Positions 9,843 through 19,295 of a stretch of DNA of 46,584 bases are shown in pieces. The first letter of the stretch is position 1; every line of letters starts with the position of its first letter. Origin of the DNA: Gemmatimonadota bacterium (GTDB lineage: Bacteria > Latescibacterota > UBA2968 > UBA8231); contig JAYOYH010000014.1 in the NCBI GenBank assembly GCA_038153405.1, positions 55,680 to 102,263 of the forward strand, written 5' to 3'. The position numbers and the translations under genes are program-made. The notes beneath the pieces are model-generated. The model was not told the origin of the DNA. It made no database searches and worked only from the letters and a program-made list of their open reading frames with translations.

Positions 9843-12257
9843 CTACGCGCGTGAAGTGCGGCCTTTAGTTCCAGCCCACACGCCGGCATCAAACAGATTG
9901 CCAACCCCTCGAATGGCGGCCTCGACGTCTATTGGATATACCTGCGCAATGGTGCGCACCAACGGCTCGATTTGCTTTTCTACGTAGTGGTCGTAATCGA
10001 GTGGCGCGCGCATATGGCCAACGGGCTGCGGCCCTTCGCAGGTTATTCCGTAGTGGATCACGCCGCGCGGCTTAGCAAGCAACTTGGCCGCCTGAACGTG
10101 CGGCGGCACGGTGCGCGTGTAGCTGGAAACGGGTTTGCGCAACCCTTTGTGATATACCAGGTCGCCATCGCGCTCGCCGGCGCGCACTCCGCGCACGCAC
10201 TCGCTGACCAGCGCCTCGATGCGCGAAGCGTCGGCATCGGCAAAGAGCAAGTTCAGTAACTGGCGTTGCAGTTGGTGGGCCAGCGCAGTCCAATCGCGCC
10301 GCACCGCTTCCATGCCGACGATTTCCAAGTGCCCTTCACCCCCATCCATGCGCCAACCAGCATAACCCTTGGCCCGCCCCTTGTCCGATCCGCGCATCGG
10401 CGGCAGCAAAAAGCGCCTATAGAGTTTTTCAAATTCCAATTCTAGGCGCGATTCCACTCCATAGCGCTCGGCGATGTGGTCGGCCAACGCCGCGTTGGCT
10501 TCCGCGCATAGTTGGCCACCGCGCCGCTGCGCCGTATCGGGCTGGCAGTCGTCAGACAGGCCGCAGTCGACAAAGACGGAGTCGGTATCGCCGTAAAGAA
10601 CGCGGCAGCCGGGCTGGCGCTCCAGCCAGTCCCGCGTCCAGCGCAGCATGTAGTGCCCAAACTCCGTTATGGCACCGGCCAATTCGTCGTCGGCAAAGCG
10701 ACACGCGCCCGTTGCCAGCACGCCGTAGAAAGAGTTCATAATGATCTTATAGGCGTAGGAAGCTAGGTTATCGCCGCACGCCTTGGCTTCTTCGCGACGA
10801 GCCCAGAACGTTTCTAGCAAGTCGGGAAGGATGCCGCGCTCGCGACTAAAGCGCGCTCCGTTGGGCGCTTCAATGGCCTCCGCGTCTCCCGCCGCACGCG
10901 CGTGACTTAGCGGATCGATATTAAACGTGCGCATGATAGAGGGATAGAGACTCTTGAAATCGAAGACGAAGATGTGATTATAGAGGCCGGCGCACGGCTC
11001 CATGACGAGACCGCCCGGCGCGCCGGCGCCGCGCGCGCGGTCGACGCCCGTCGTTGGCGCAACCATCTGGCGCTGGCGCAGCTGGCTGATGTACATGACG
11101 TCAAAGGCCGCAACGCTGCCCCAAGCCCGTTCGAGAGGCATGCCGGTCAGCAGAGCGCGTCGCAGAGAAAGGTCGATAAGCCCTTTGGCCCGCAGCATAT
11201 CCCACACCAAGCGCGCATCCTCTATACAATAGGCACAAAATGCCGGGCGGTCGTGGGCGTAGGCGTGAGCAATAGCCTCGGGCATTGTCTCGTCGTCTTC
11301 CGCTTCCAGCGCCTTGCCGCGCCCGAGTACAGCCTGCGCCACCGTGCCCAAGCGATAGTCTTCAAAGCGCTGCAAGGTCGCGCGCATCAGGTGCAGGGCA
11401 TCGAGAATCTGGCGGCCGTATACTACCATGCGACTGCCGCCCCACACGTCGCTCTCGCGGAACTGCGAACCATCCTGCGTGCGCCCCAGATTGAACGGGA
11501 TACCACAGGCTACAAAACGGCGCTGCAAAACGGCTAGGTCGAAGTCAATCACGTTCCAGCCGGATACGATGTCGGGATCGATGTGGCGAATGCGCGCCGC
11601 CAGAGCCGCCAACAGAGTCGGTTCGTCGGGATAGCAGTGGACATGGGGTGGATCGCCCTGCCGCATGGGACCGACGATGTGGATTTCCTCGACGGACGGA
11701 TCGCCATTGGCGGGCCCACCCACCATCGAAGCAGCGTAGACCTCGGATGCGTCGGGGGCCGTTTCGATATCCAGCACCAGCAGAGAAAGCTGCGGCAGCC
11801 AGGCAGACGCTTCTATAGCTGGATCTAAGTAGACGCGGTCGACGCCCTGACCGGCCTGCCAAGCGCCGGAGAGGCGCACGGCGCCGCGCAGGCCGCGCTC
11901 TACTAAATAGTGCAGGGCTACATTCAGATCGGATTCGTAGGTGCGCACGCCGCGTTCGGCCAGGCGCTCGGCCAGGCGCCGGCGGTCGCCAACGCGGTCG
12001 CATTCAATGCGCACCACGGGGTCGCCGACCAGCGTGCGCAGCGGCGTATCGACGACGGCACATCGTTCGGCTGCCACTTCGCGCTGCCACCGATCTGCGT
12101 CTTCGGTGCGCACGTAGAGTGCCGGGCGAAAGCGTCGATCCATCAATCCAAACGTCTGGCCGCACTCCAACCGTCCCACCGCGTGTATTGCATCACGCCC
12201 TTTGTAACGGCGGTGAAAAACGTGCAACAGGTAGGCGTTTTCACCTACATCATCCAT
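9843..12257 (-). CDS. polB: DNA polymerase II (family B)
   Basis: Exo motifs LDIET, GWNVIDFD, YCIED; pol motifs FDFKSLYPSIM, KIIMNSFYG, YGDTDS, GMEAVRRDWT. Confidence 0.93.
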   Translation of the reverse strand: MDDVGENAYLLHVFHRRYKGRDAIHAVGRLECGQTFGLMDRRFRPALYVRTEDADRWQREVAAERCAVVDTPLRTLVGDPVVRIECDRVGDRRRLAERLAERGVRTYESDLNVALHYLVERGLRGAVRLSGAWQAGQGVDRVYLDPAIEASAWLPQLSLLVLDIETAPDASEVYAASMVGGPANGDPSVEEIHIVGPMRQGDPPHVHCYPDEPTLLAALAARIRHIDPDIVSGWNVIDFDLAVLQRRFVACGIPFNLGRTQDGSQFRESDVWGGSRMVVYGRQILDALHLMRATLQRFEDYRLGTVAQAVLGRGKALEAEDDETMPEAIAHAYAHDRPAFCAYCIEDARLVWDMLRAKGLIDLSLRRALLTGMPLERAWGSVAAFDVMYISQLRQRQMVAPTTGVDRARGAGAPGGLVMEPCAGLYNHIFVFDFKSLYPSIMRTFNIDPLSHARAAGDAEAIEAPNGARFSRERGILPDLLETFWARREEAKACGDNLASYAYKIIMNSFYGVLATGACRFADDELAGAITEFGHYMLRWTRDWLERQPGCRVLYGDTDSVFVDCGLSDDCQPDTAQRRGGQLCAEANAALADHIAERYGVESRLELEFEKLYRRFLLPPMRGSDKGRAKGYAGWRMDGGEGHLEIVGMEAVRRDWTALAHQLQRQLLNLLFADADASRIEALVSECVRGVRAGERDGDLVYHKGLRKPVSSYTRTVPPHVQAAKLLAKPRGVIHYGITCEGPQPVGHMRAPLDYDHYVEKQIEPLVRTIAQVYPIDVEAAIRGVGNLFDAGVWAGTKGRTSRA

Positions 12258-12335
12258 ATTGCTCGTGCATCGAATTGGCGTGAGAGCCTATCTGCGTGCC
12301 GGAACGGCAGGCAGGTTGCGCGCGTCCCAGAGACC

Positions 12336-13061
12336 CTATTCCACGTGCGAGAACGCCGTGCCGTCTTGGGGCTCGTAGCCAATCTCGCGCGATACGTCGA
12401 GGTCCATCCAGGAATGGACGTGCTTGGAGATACCGTGCACGATTTTGAACTTCAGGTCTGCAGGCGCTTCGACGCACTGTGCAAAGAGCTGCGCCTGGTC
12501 GCGCGCGCTGATGCCCATATTGGGGCGCTCCGCCTGCCACTGGCCATCTTGTTTAAACGCCGCGCCGCCAATGCGCACGCAGATGCACGAAAGCTCATAC
12601 TGGTGGGCATAGGCCCGCGCCAAGGCTTCGCCCCAACACTTAGTCGCTCCATACACATTGATGGGATAGACGGGAATGTCCCACGGCACCGGCGTCTTGT
12701 CCTCGTGTCCCAAAACGGCGTTGATGCTGCTGGCAAAAACGATGCGGCTGCAGCCGGCCGCGCGCGCCGCCTCGAATGCGTTATAGCAGCCAATGATATT
12801 CAAGTTGAGCAGCGTTTTGTAGAAATCGGCCTGCATGCTCGGATCAGCCGCCAGATGCACGACCACGTCCACGCCTTGGCAGGCCGCAGCAAAAGCGTCG
12901 TAATCGGCGATATCCATCTCGACAAATTCCTCGTGCGCCGACAAATTTTCCACGGGCCGCACATCGGCCAGGCGCAACGCATAGCGATCGCCCCAGTAGG
13001 ACCGCAAATAGCCGCCTATGCGTCCGGCAGCTCCAGTAATCAGAATGCTCTTCTTCACCAT
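12336..13061 (-). CDS. NAD(P)-dependent epimerase/dehydrogenase (uronate dehydrogenase-like extended SDR)
   Basis: ILITGAAGRIG Rossmann motif, VVHLAA, FASS, YGATK; ATG 13061 follows GGGAG. Confidence 0.85.
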   Translation of the reverse strand: MVKKSILITGAAGRIGGYLRSYWGDRYALRLADVRPVENLSAHEEFVEMDIADYDAFAAACQGVDVVVHLAADPSMQADFYKTLLNLNIIGCYNAFEAARAAGCSRIVFASSINAVLGHEDKTPVPWDIPVYPINVYGATKCWGEALARAYAHQYELSCICVRIGGAAFKQDGQWQAERPNMGISARDQAQLFAQCVEAPADLKFKIVHGISKHVHSWMDLDVSREIGYEPQDGTAFSHVE

Positions 13062-13104
13062 TTCTCCCTGTATTCCGTTATGGTACGCCCAGCGCGCACT
13101 TCCA

Positions 13105-13629
13105 TCACTGCTTGCCCAACAACGCTCTATACGCAACTAGCGCTCCAGCGACGTGCACGTTCATCGATGGCCCTTTGCCGTACATGGGGATATAGACCGC
13201 CCCATCGCACTGCGCCAGCGTCGCCGGGTACACCCCTTTACTCTCATTGCCCAACACTAAACACACCTTCTCGGGGAAATTGTATTCTAAGTAGCACTGC
13301 GCGCCCTGCGCCGTCTCCAGTGCCACTAGGTGGTAGCCCTCCTCGCGCAGCGCCGTCAGCGCGTCTTCGAGTCGGGCGATGCGCCGCCATCCGACGCGGC
13401 GCTCGTGACCGCGCCCGGTGCGCTCAATCTCGTCGTGCGGCGGCGTTGGCGTGGTCCCAGTGAAGACCAATTCGCTGGCACCGCAGGCATCGGCGATGCG
13501 AAACAGCGAACCGACATTGAGCGGATCCTCTAAGCTCTGCAATAGGAAAGCCAGCTCAACCCGATGGGGATAGTCTTGCTGCGCCCGCTCAAATAGGCGC
13601 TTGGTTTCCACCTTTTTCAACGGCCTCAT
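13105..13629 (-). CDS. TrmH/SpoU family (SPOUT) RNA methyltransferase
   Basis: DPLNVGSLFRIADA, LVLGNESKGV, IPMYG..SMNVHVA. Confidence 0.9.
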   Translation of the reverse strand: MRPLKKVETKRLFERAQQDYPHRVELAFLLQSLEDPLNVGSLFRIADACGASELVFTGTTPTPPHDEIERTGRGHERRVGWRRIARLEDALTALREEGYHLVALETAQGAQCYLEYNFPEKVCLVLGNESKGVYPATLAQCDGAVYIPMYGKGPSMNVHVAGALVAYRALLGKQ

Positions 13630-13631
13630 CG

Positions 13632-13838
13632 CTAGCTGCGCACGATAGCATGGACGGCGTATTCCTCCTCTTCCAGCGCAGTGCGTATGGCCTCGTCGCC
13701 CACCTCGCCTTCGAGCAGCGCCTCGCCCCTTTCCAAACTAACCGACGCGCTCTGGATACCCTCCAACGCTTCGAGCACCTCACGCACGTTCTGCACGCAG
13801 TGTTCGCAGCTCATTCCTTCAACCGACACTCGTATCAT
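13632..13838 (-). CDS. copZ: Heavy-metal-associated domain copper chaperone
   Basis: 68 aa, VEGMSCEHC metal-binding motif, HMA-like pattern ending LEEEEY. Confidence 0.85.
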   Translation of the reverse strand: MIRVSVEGMSCEHCVQNVREVLEALEGIQSASVSLERGEALLEGEVGDEAIRTALEEEEYAVHAIVRS

Positions 13839-13863
13839 CTCCGTACCTCGCGTTGACAATGGG

Positions 13864-14691
13864 CTAGAATGAAATTGCCTTAAACTTCTTTATGTGCTCT
13901 GTTATGGCGACTTCGACGGGCAAGCGCTCCATGCTCGACGCGCCGTAAAAGCCGTTGACGCCGCGCGTGCGCTGCAGAACGTATTGGGCATCTTCAGGCA
14001 TGGAAATTGGCCCGCCGTGACACAGCACGATTATCTCGTCGTTGACGCCGCGCGCCGCATCGCAAATGGCCTGCACCTGCGCAACCGACTCTTCCAGCGT
14101 ATAGGCCGTCGTCGCGCCAATCGACCCCTTGGTCGTCAACCCCATATGCGCCACGACAATATCGGCCCCAGCATCGGCCATCTGCTCGGCCTCTTCGGGC
14201 TTAAACGCATAGGGCGTGGTCAGCAAATCCATGCCGTGCGCCGTGCGGATCATCTCCACTTCGGGCCCGTAGCCCATGCCCGTCTCCTCGAGATTCTGGC
14301 GGAACAGACCGTCGATCAACCCCACGGTAGGAAAGTTCTGCACGCCGGCAAAACCGATATCTTTTACCTGCTGTAAAAAAACGTCCATCTGGCGAAAGGG
14401 GTCCGTGCCACAGACCCCGGCTAATACCGGCGTGTCTTCGACAACTGTCAGCACTTCGCCGGCCATATCCATTACAATCGCGTTGGCATCACCGTAGGGC
14501 ATCATGCCCGAGAGCGAACCGCGACCGGCCATGCGAAAGCGCCCGGAATTGTATATGATGATGAGATCGACGCCGCCGACTTCTTCGAACTTGGCGCTTA
14601 TTCCAGTACCCGCCCCAGCGCCGATAATGGGCACTCCTGCGTCCATCTGTTTGCGCAAGCGGGTAAGCACTGCACTTCGAGTAAATCCCAT
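13864..14691 (-). CDS. TIM-barrel 'PEP hydrolase'/TIM-barrel signal transduction family protein
   Basis: [48 protein letters not shown]. Confidence 0.9.
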   Translation of the reverse strand: MGFTRSAVLTRLRKQMDAGVPIIGAGAGTGISAKFEEVGGVDLIIIYNSGRFRMAGRGSLSGMMPYGDANAIVMDMAGEVLTVVEDTPVLAGVCGTDPFRQMDVFLQQVKDIGFAGVQNFPTVGLIDGLFRQNLEETGMGYGPEVEMIRTAHGMDLLTTPYAFKPEEAEQMADAGADIVVAHMGLTTKGSIGATTAYTLEESVAQVQAICDAARGVNDEIIVLCHGGPISMPEDAQYVLQRTRGVNGFYGASSMERLPVEVAITEHIKKFKAISF

Positions 14692-14702
14692 GATCGCTCT
14701 CC

Positions 14703-15116
14703 TCAGCCGTTTTGCGCCGCTTCTATATGCACGCCGTCCATCTTGCGCAATTCGGCTTCCGGACCAAAGGGTGCATAGATGGCAATCATTTTCATCGGCT
14801 CGTCGCCGCTGTTGATCGTCGAATGGTAGATGGCCGTGGGAATGTGCACCAACTCTCCAGCGCTTATTTCCTTTTCGAGCCTTCCCGAAGGCAGCTCGAC
14901 AGTTTGGATGCCCTTGCCCTCCATTACGTAGAGAATCTCTTCACTATAGGGGTGGTTGTGGCGGGTGTGCCCTTTACCTGGTTCCAGCGTAACGACGCCG
15001 CAGCTAAAGCGTTCAGCCTGGGTGACCAGTGGCTCGGACAGCCAGCTAAGTCGACCCCAATCAAAAACCTGCGTCTCTACATCTTCGGGTTTTACAAACG
15101 TCTTTTTCGCACTCAT
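14703..15116 (-). CDS. Cupin domain protein
   Basis: [21 protein letters not shown] and IPTAIYHST cupin motifs 1 and 2. Confidence 0.88.
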   Translation of the reverse strand: MSAKKTFVKPEDVETQVFDWGRLSWLSEPLVTQAERFSCGVVTLEPGKGHTRHNHPYSEEILYVMEGKGIQTVELPSGRLEKEISAGELVHIPTAIYHSTINSGDEPMKMIAIYAPFGPEAELRKMDGVHIEAAQNG

Positions 15117-15123
15117 AACGACC

Positions 15124-16347
15124 TCATTTGCCCTCTGCTATTAAGTCCAGCAGCAATTCCACCGCGCGCGAGGAAAAGGCCGGATCGTTGATGTTGTTGT
15201 CCATCTCATATATGGGTATATCGTCGCGTAGATGTTCCTTTAACGCATGGAAGAATGCAGCATCGGCTGCTCTGTCGCAGAATAGCTCGCCATCTCCATC
15301 GAGGATAGATACTCCGCGCAGCGGCAGGAGAAAGGCTACCGGGCCCTCGGCCGCATTGGCCTTCTTGGCAAAGATGCGACCCATCTGGGCATTTTCTTCG
15401 GCGTTGGTGCGCATCAGCGTAACCGCCGGATTCCACTCGTAAAACAGCCGACCGGCATCTCTGTAGTGCTCCGGCACAGTTTCCATGCCGCCAAAATTGG
15501 CCATGTCGATACAGCCCGGCACGATCAGCTGGGGTAGGCCCATCGCACCCGCGGCGTCCAGGCGCGTCGCACCGGCGCTAAATACGCCGCCGCAGAGCTC
15601 GTCGGCCCACTCCGTCGTCGTAATATCGAGCACGGCATCGACCAACCCCTCGCCAATCAGCGATTCCATTGTACGGCCGCCCGTGCCCGTCGCGTGAAAG
15701 ACCAGCACCTCGTAGCCTCTATCGCCCAGATCGGCCACGCAGGCGTTAACGCACGCCGTCGTATTGCCAAACATCGACGCCACGACGATCGGCGCCTCGT
15801 CAACACCTGGCGGAGGCTCGCGCTCAACCATACCGCAAATGGCTCCGGCCGCACGCGAAAAGATCACGCGAGAAATCCGATTGATGCCGGCCACATCGAC
15901 GATTGACGGAATTAACACCACATCCTTTGCACCGACGTAGGCGGACGTATCGCCCGATGCCACCGTTGAAACGCACACTTTGGGCAGGCCAACCGGCAGG
16001 GCGCGCATGGCCGCCGTCACTACGCTGCTGCCGCCCGAACCTCCCATGCCGATGATGCCAGCGAAACGCCTCTCTTCGTATAGGCGTTTGGCCACCGCTG
16101 CGGCACCGCGACTCATCGCCTTCATAGCGGCGCCGCGATCGCCGGCCGTGCGCAAGTCCTCCAGCGCAGCCCCGCCGGCATGCGCCACATCGGCGGCACC
16201 TACGTCGACGGAGAAATTTACACTATCGCCCATAACGCCCGTATCGACGGTGAGCACCTGACAGCCACGAGCGAGGATTTCGCTGCGCAAAAAGGCGTAT
16301 TCGACGCCCTTGGTATCAAAGGCGCCAATCATCAAAATGGTAGCCAT
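15124..16347 (-). CDS. Tm-1-like ATP-binding domain protein (UPF0261)
   Basis: GAFDTKG.E, GGSGG, LPVGLPK..VST, SMFGNTT, FHATGTGG, DITTTE, NINDPAF. Confidence 0.9.
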   Translation of the reverse strand: MATILMIGAFDTKGVEYAFLRSEILARGCQVLTVDTGVMGDSVNFSVDVGAADVAHAGGAALEDLRTAGDRGAAMKAMSRGAAAVAKRLYEERRFAGIIGMGGSGGSSVVTAAMRALPVGLPKVCVSTVASGDTSAYVGAKDVVLIPSIVDVAGINRISRVIFSRAAGAICGMVEREPPPGVDEAPIVVASMFGNTTACVNACVADLGDRGYEVLVFHATGTGGRTMESLIGEGLVDAVLDITTTEWADELCGGVFSAGATRLDAAGAMGLPQLIVPGCIDMANFGGMETVPEHYRDAGRLFYEWNPAVTLMRTNAEENAQMGRIFAKKANAAEGPVAFLLPLRGVSILDGDGELFCDRAADAAFFHALKEHLRDDIPIYEMDNNINDPAFSSRAVELLLDLIAEGK

Positions 16348-16411
16348 TGCATCTCCTTATCGTGCCGCGACAAATATGGCAAACGGCGCTGCTGTCTTCA
16401 ATTGCCGCCAG

Positions 16412-18850
16412 CTAATGCGCGGCAAAGCGCCGCAGACGCAGCGCATTGCTCACCACCGACACCGAACTAAATGCCATCGCCAAACTCGCCAGCATGGGAT
16501 TGAGCAACGGCCCGCCCAGCCAGTAGAGCACTCCGGCGGCAACGGGAATACCCGCCGCATTGTAAAAAAACGCCCAGAATAGATTTTGCTTGATCGTCCG
16601 CATCGTTGCACGGCTCAGTTCAACGGCGCGTGCAACGTCTTCAATGCGGCTGTTCATCAGCACGATATCAGCGGCTGAGGCCGCCACGTCAACGCCGCTA
16701 GCAATAGCTAAGCCGACGTCGGCCTGTGCCAGTGCCGGTGCATCGTTAATACCGTCGCCGACCATGGCCACGCGCCGCCCACTCTGCTGCAGCGCCTTTA
16801 TCACGGCGACCTTATCGGCAGGCAATACCTCTGCGTAGACCGTCTCTATACCCACGCGTTGGGCCACCGATTCAGCAACGGCGCGCCGGTCTCCGCTGAG
16901 CATTATCACATCCAGGCCCAATGCCCGCAGGCGCCGCACGCCATCTCGACTCGACGGACGCGGTTCGTCAGCCAACAGAATAGCGCCCACGGGGACTCCG
17001 TCACGCGCGACCCAAACCTGCGTTTCCAACCCGACATCGACCATTTGTTCCACTTCGACTCCACCCCCACACACATAAGCGGCCGTGCCCACGCGCACGG
17101 TGCTGTCACCCAAAAGAGCGCGCACCCCCTGCCCGACGTCGGCAAAGAAGTCGCGCACCTCGAGCCGTTCCACGCCCTGTTGGTGAGCATGCGCCGTAAT
17201 TGCCGCTGCTAATGGATGCTCGGAATGCCTTTCCAAAGAAGCGGCCAGGCACACGACGTCAACTGCACTGTGTTGGCCAACGGGGCGGACGCCAACCACG
17301 CGCGGCGCCCCCTCCGTAATCGTTCCCGTCTTATCGAGAACGACCGTATCCAGGCGCTGCGCCGCTTCCAGCGCTTCGGGATTTTTAATGAGCACACCCA
17401 ACTGCGCTCCGCGCCCCGTTCCCACCATAATGGCCGCCGGCGTGGCGAGGCCCAAACTGCACGGACAGGCAATAATGAGCACGGATACGAAAATGCCAAT
17501 GGCAAAAGCAACGTCAGCTCCCGCCGCATACCAGCCCAGCGCTGCCAGCACAGCTACGCCCATTACAAAGGGCACGAAATAGCCAGAAACAACGTCGGCT
17601 AAACGCGCAACGGGAGCGCGCCCTAGCTGCGCTTCTTCTACTAATCGCTGCATCTGTGCGAGCACCGAGGACTCACCTACGCGCGTTGCGCGCACGACCA
17701 GCGCACCGCGCCCGTTGGCGCTACCCCCCATTACGGCGTCACCCGGTGCCTTTGCCACCGGCAGTGATTCACCCGTCAGCAGCGATTCATCGACTTCGGA
17801 AAGACCTTCCACTACTTCGCCATCTGCCGGCACCGATGCACCCGGGCGCACGCGCAGCAGGTCGCCCACCTCGACTTCGTCGGCGTCGATCAGCCGATCT
17901 TCGCCATCGCGGACCAACAGCGCCTGACGGGGGCGCAAACTCAGCAGCGCACGCATAGCTTCGCCGGCGCGCTGGCGCGAACGCGCCTCGAGATAGCGCC
18001 CCAAGAGCACTAGCGTGAGAATAGTAGAAACAGCGGGGAAATACGAGTAAAACGATACTGCACCCCCCATGGCAACATAGGCCAAACCCTGCGCGCTATA
18101 CGCAAATGCCGCCAGCGTGCCGATGGCGATTAGCGTAAACATATTGGGACCGCCGCGCACCAGGGCGCGCACGCCCTCCACGTATATACGGCGCGCAGTC
18201 CACACGACGGGCAGGACCAAAGCCAAGTGCAGATAGCCAACGCGCAGTGGATGCTCCTGCAGCGTCAGAGCAGCGGGCACGGGCAAGCCCGCCATTCCGC
18301 CCATTTCCAACGCAAAGAGCGGCACCCAAAACAGCAGTGCCGTTGCTAACCAACGGCGCATTTGCTGTTGCTCGACGCGCTTTTCTTCTGCACGCGCGTC
18401 TCCGTCAGCCTGCGGCTTGAGCACATAACCCGCACGTTCTACTGCTTCGCGCAGATCGCGCTTTTTTACCTGCATGCGATCGTAGCGAACCCGCGCCGCC
18501 TCCGTCGCCAGATTCACCTCTACGCCTTGGACGCCTTCTACTCTACCCAATACCCGTTCTATGCGTTTTGCGCAGGCCGCGCAGTGCATACCGCCAATCG
18601 CCAGAGCCTCTTCTACGATTGAATCGCATCGGCGAGCACTAAATCCAGCCTGCTCAACCACTCGGGCAATTTCCGCTTCGTCAATCGCACCGAACTCGTA
18701 GCGTACATCCATGCGCTCCGTTGCCAGATTGACCTGCACGTGCACAATCCCGGTGGCTTTTTGCACGCGGCGTTCAATTCGCCGGGCGCAGGCCGCGCAG
18801 TGCATGCCGCCGATATCGAATGCGCGGCGCTCCGTATTACGCTCTTCCAT
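16412..18850 (-). CDS. copA: Cu(I)-exporting P1B-type ATPase
   Basis: Two N-terminal GMHCAAC HMA domains, TGES, CPC, DKTGT, SEHPL, GDGIND, YN and MAFSS motifs. Confidence 0.95.
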   Translation of the reverse strand: MEERNTERRAFDIGGMHCAACARRIERRVQKATGIVHVQVNLATERMDVRYEFGAIDEAEIARVVEQAGFSARRCDSIVEEALAIGGMHCAACAKRIERVLGRVEGVQGVEVNLATEAARVRYDRMQVKKRDLREAVERAGYVLKPQADGDARAEEKRVEQQQMRRWLATALLFWVPLFALEMGGMAGLPVPAALTLQEHPLRVGYLHLALVLPVVWTARRIYVEGVRALVRGGPNMFTLIAIGTLAAFAYSAQGLAYVAMGGAVSFYSYFPAVSTILTLVLLGRYLEARSRQRAGEAMRALLSLRPRQALLVRDGEDRLIDADEVEVGDLLRVRPGASVPADGEVVEGLSEVDESLLTGESLPVAKAPGDAVMGGSANGRGALVVRATRVGESSVLAQMQRLVEEAQLGRAPVARLADVVSGYFVPFVMGVAVLAALGWYAAGADVAFAIGIFVSVLIIACPCSLGLATPAAIMVGTGRGAQLGVLIKNPEALEAAQRLDTVVLDKTGTITEGAPRVVGVRPVGQHSAVDVVCLAASLERHSEHPLAAAITAHAHQQGVERLEVRDFFADVGQGVRALLGDSTVRVGTAAYVCGGGVEVEQMVDVGLETQVWVARDGVPVGAILLADEPRPSSRDGVRRLRALGLDVIMLSGDRRAVAESVAQRVGIETVYAEVLPADKVAVIKALQQSGRRVAMVGDGINDAPALAQADVGLAIASGVDVAASAADIVLMNSRIEDVARAVELSRATMRTIKQNLFWAFFYNAAGIPVAAGVLYWLGGPLLNPMLASLAMAFSSVSVVSNALRLRRFAAH

Positions 18851-18861
18851 TGCTCACCTCA

Positions 18862-19155
18862 CTAGCGCGTAAAACGCCCCACCACGTCTAACAACTCATC
18901 TATCGCCTCTTCGCCTTCGCCTGCGACCAACGCGCGCTTTACGCATCCCTTTGTGTGATTTTCGATCAACTGTAAAGCCACTTTATCGAGCGCGGCACGC
19001 ACCGCACTTACCTGCACCAACACATCCACGCAGTAGCGATCTTCCTCGATCATGCGCGCAATGCCCTGCACCTGCCCACCGACGCGCCGAAGGCGTTTTT
19101 GCAGCTGTTCCTTATCCGTTTGCCGTACGCGTCGCGGCTGTTGTCGATCGGTCAT
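18862..19155 (-). CDS. csoR: CsoR family copper-sensing repressor
   Basis: RLRRVGGQVQGI, YCVDVL (Cys) and ENHTKGC (His, Cys) give the C-H-C Cu(I) site; directly upstream of copA. Confidence 0.92.
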   Translation of the reverse strand: MTDRQQPRRVRQTDKEQLQKRLRRVGGQVQGIARMIEEDRYCVDVLVQVSAVRAALDKVALQLIENHTKGCVKRALVAGEGEEAIDELLDVVGRFTR

Positions 19156-19214
19156 ATGCGCTTCTCCAGACGCTGTGATAGGCGATTGTTCAGACGAAAT
19201 TCTCCGAATTCAAT

Positions 19215-19231
19215 ATACCCCTTGGGGGTAT
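19215..19231. promoter_or_regulatory. CsoR operator
   Basis: ATACCCC-TTG-GGGGTAT perfect 7-bp inverted repeat with C/G tracts, 60 bp upstream of csoR, overlapping a TATATT -10-like hexamer on the minus strand. Confidence 0.88.
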
Positions 19232-19243
19232 TTAAACAAGTAC

Positions 19244-19277
19244 AAAAAAACATCTCGGAGACTATCCTCCGAGATGT
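19244..19277 (-). terminator. Intrinsic terminator after the CXXCH secreted protein gene
   Basis: ACATCTCGGAG-6 nt-CTCCGAGATGT perfect 11-bp stem followed by a T tract on the minus strand. Confidence 0.88.
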
Positions 19278-19295
19278 CAATTTATCCGGCAGCTC

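Noticed and set aside
9843..12257. Phage, casposon or pipolin-type family B polymerase
   Set aside because: Looks like cellular Pol II; no integrase, cas1, terminal repeats or phage genes nearby
11910..13463. 517-aa plus-strand ORF
   Set aside because: Antisense shadow of polB, the epimerase and trmH, with no motifs; expected in GC-rich DNA
18420..18830. Repeated DNA at the copA 5' end as a mobile or repeat element
   Set aside because: Simply the two tandem HMA domains (GGMHCAACA twice)
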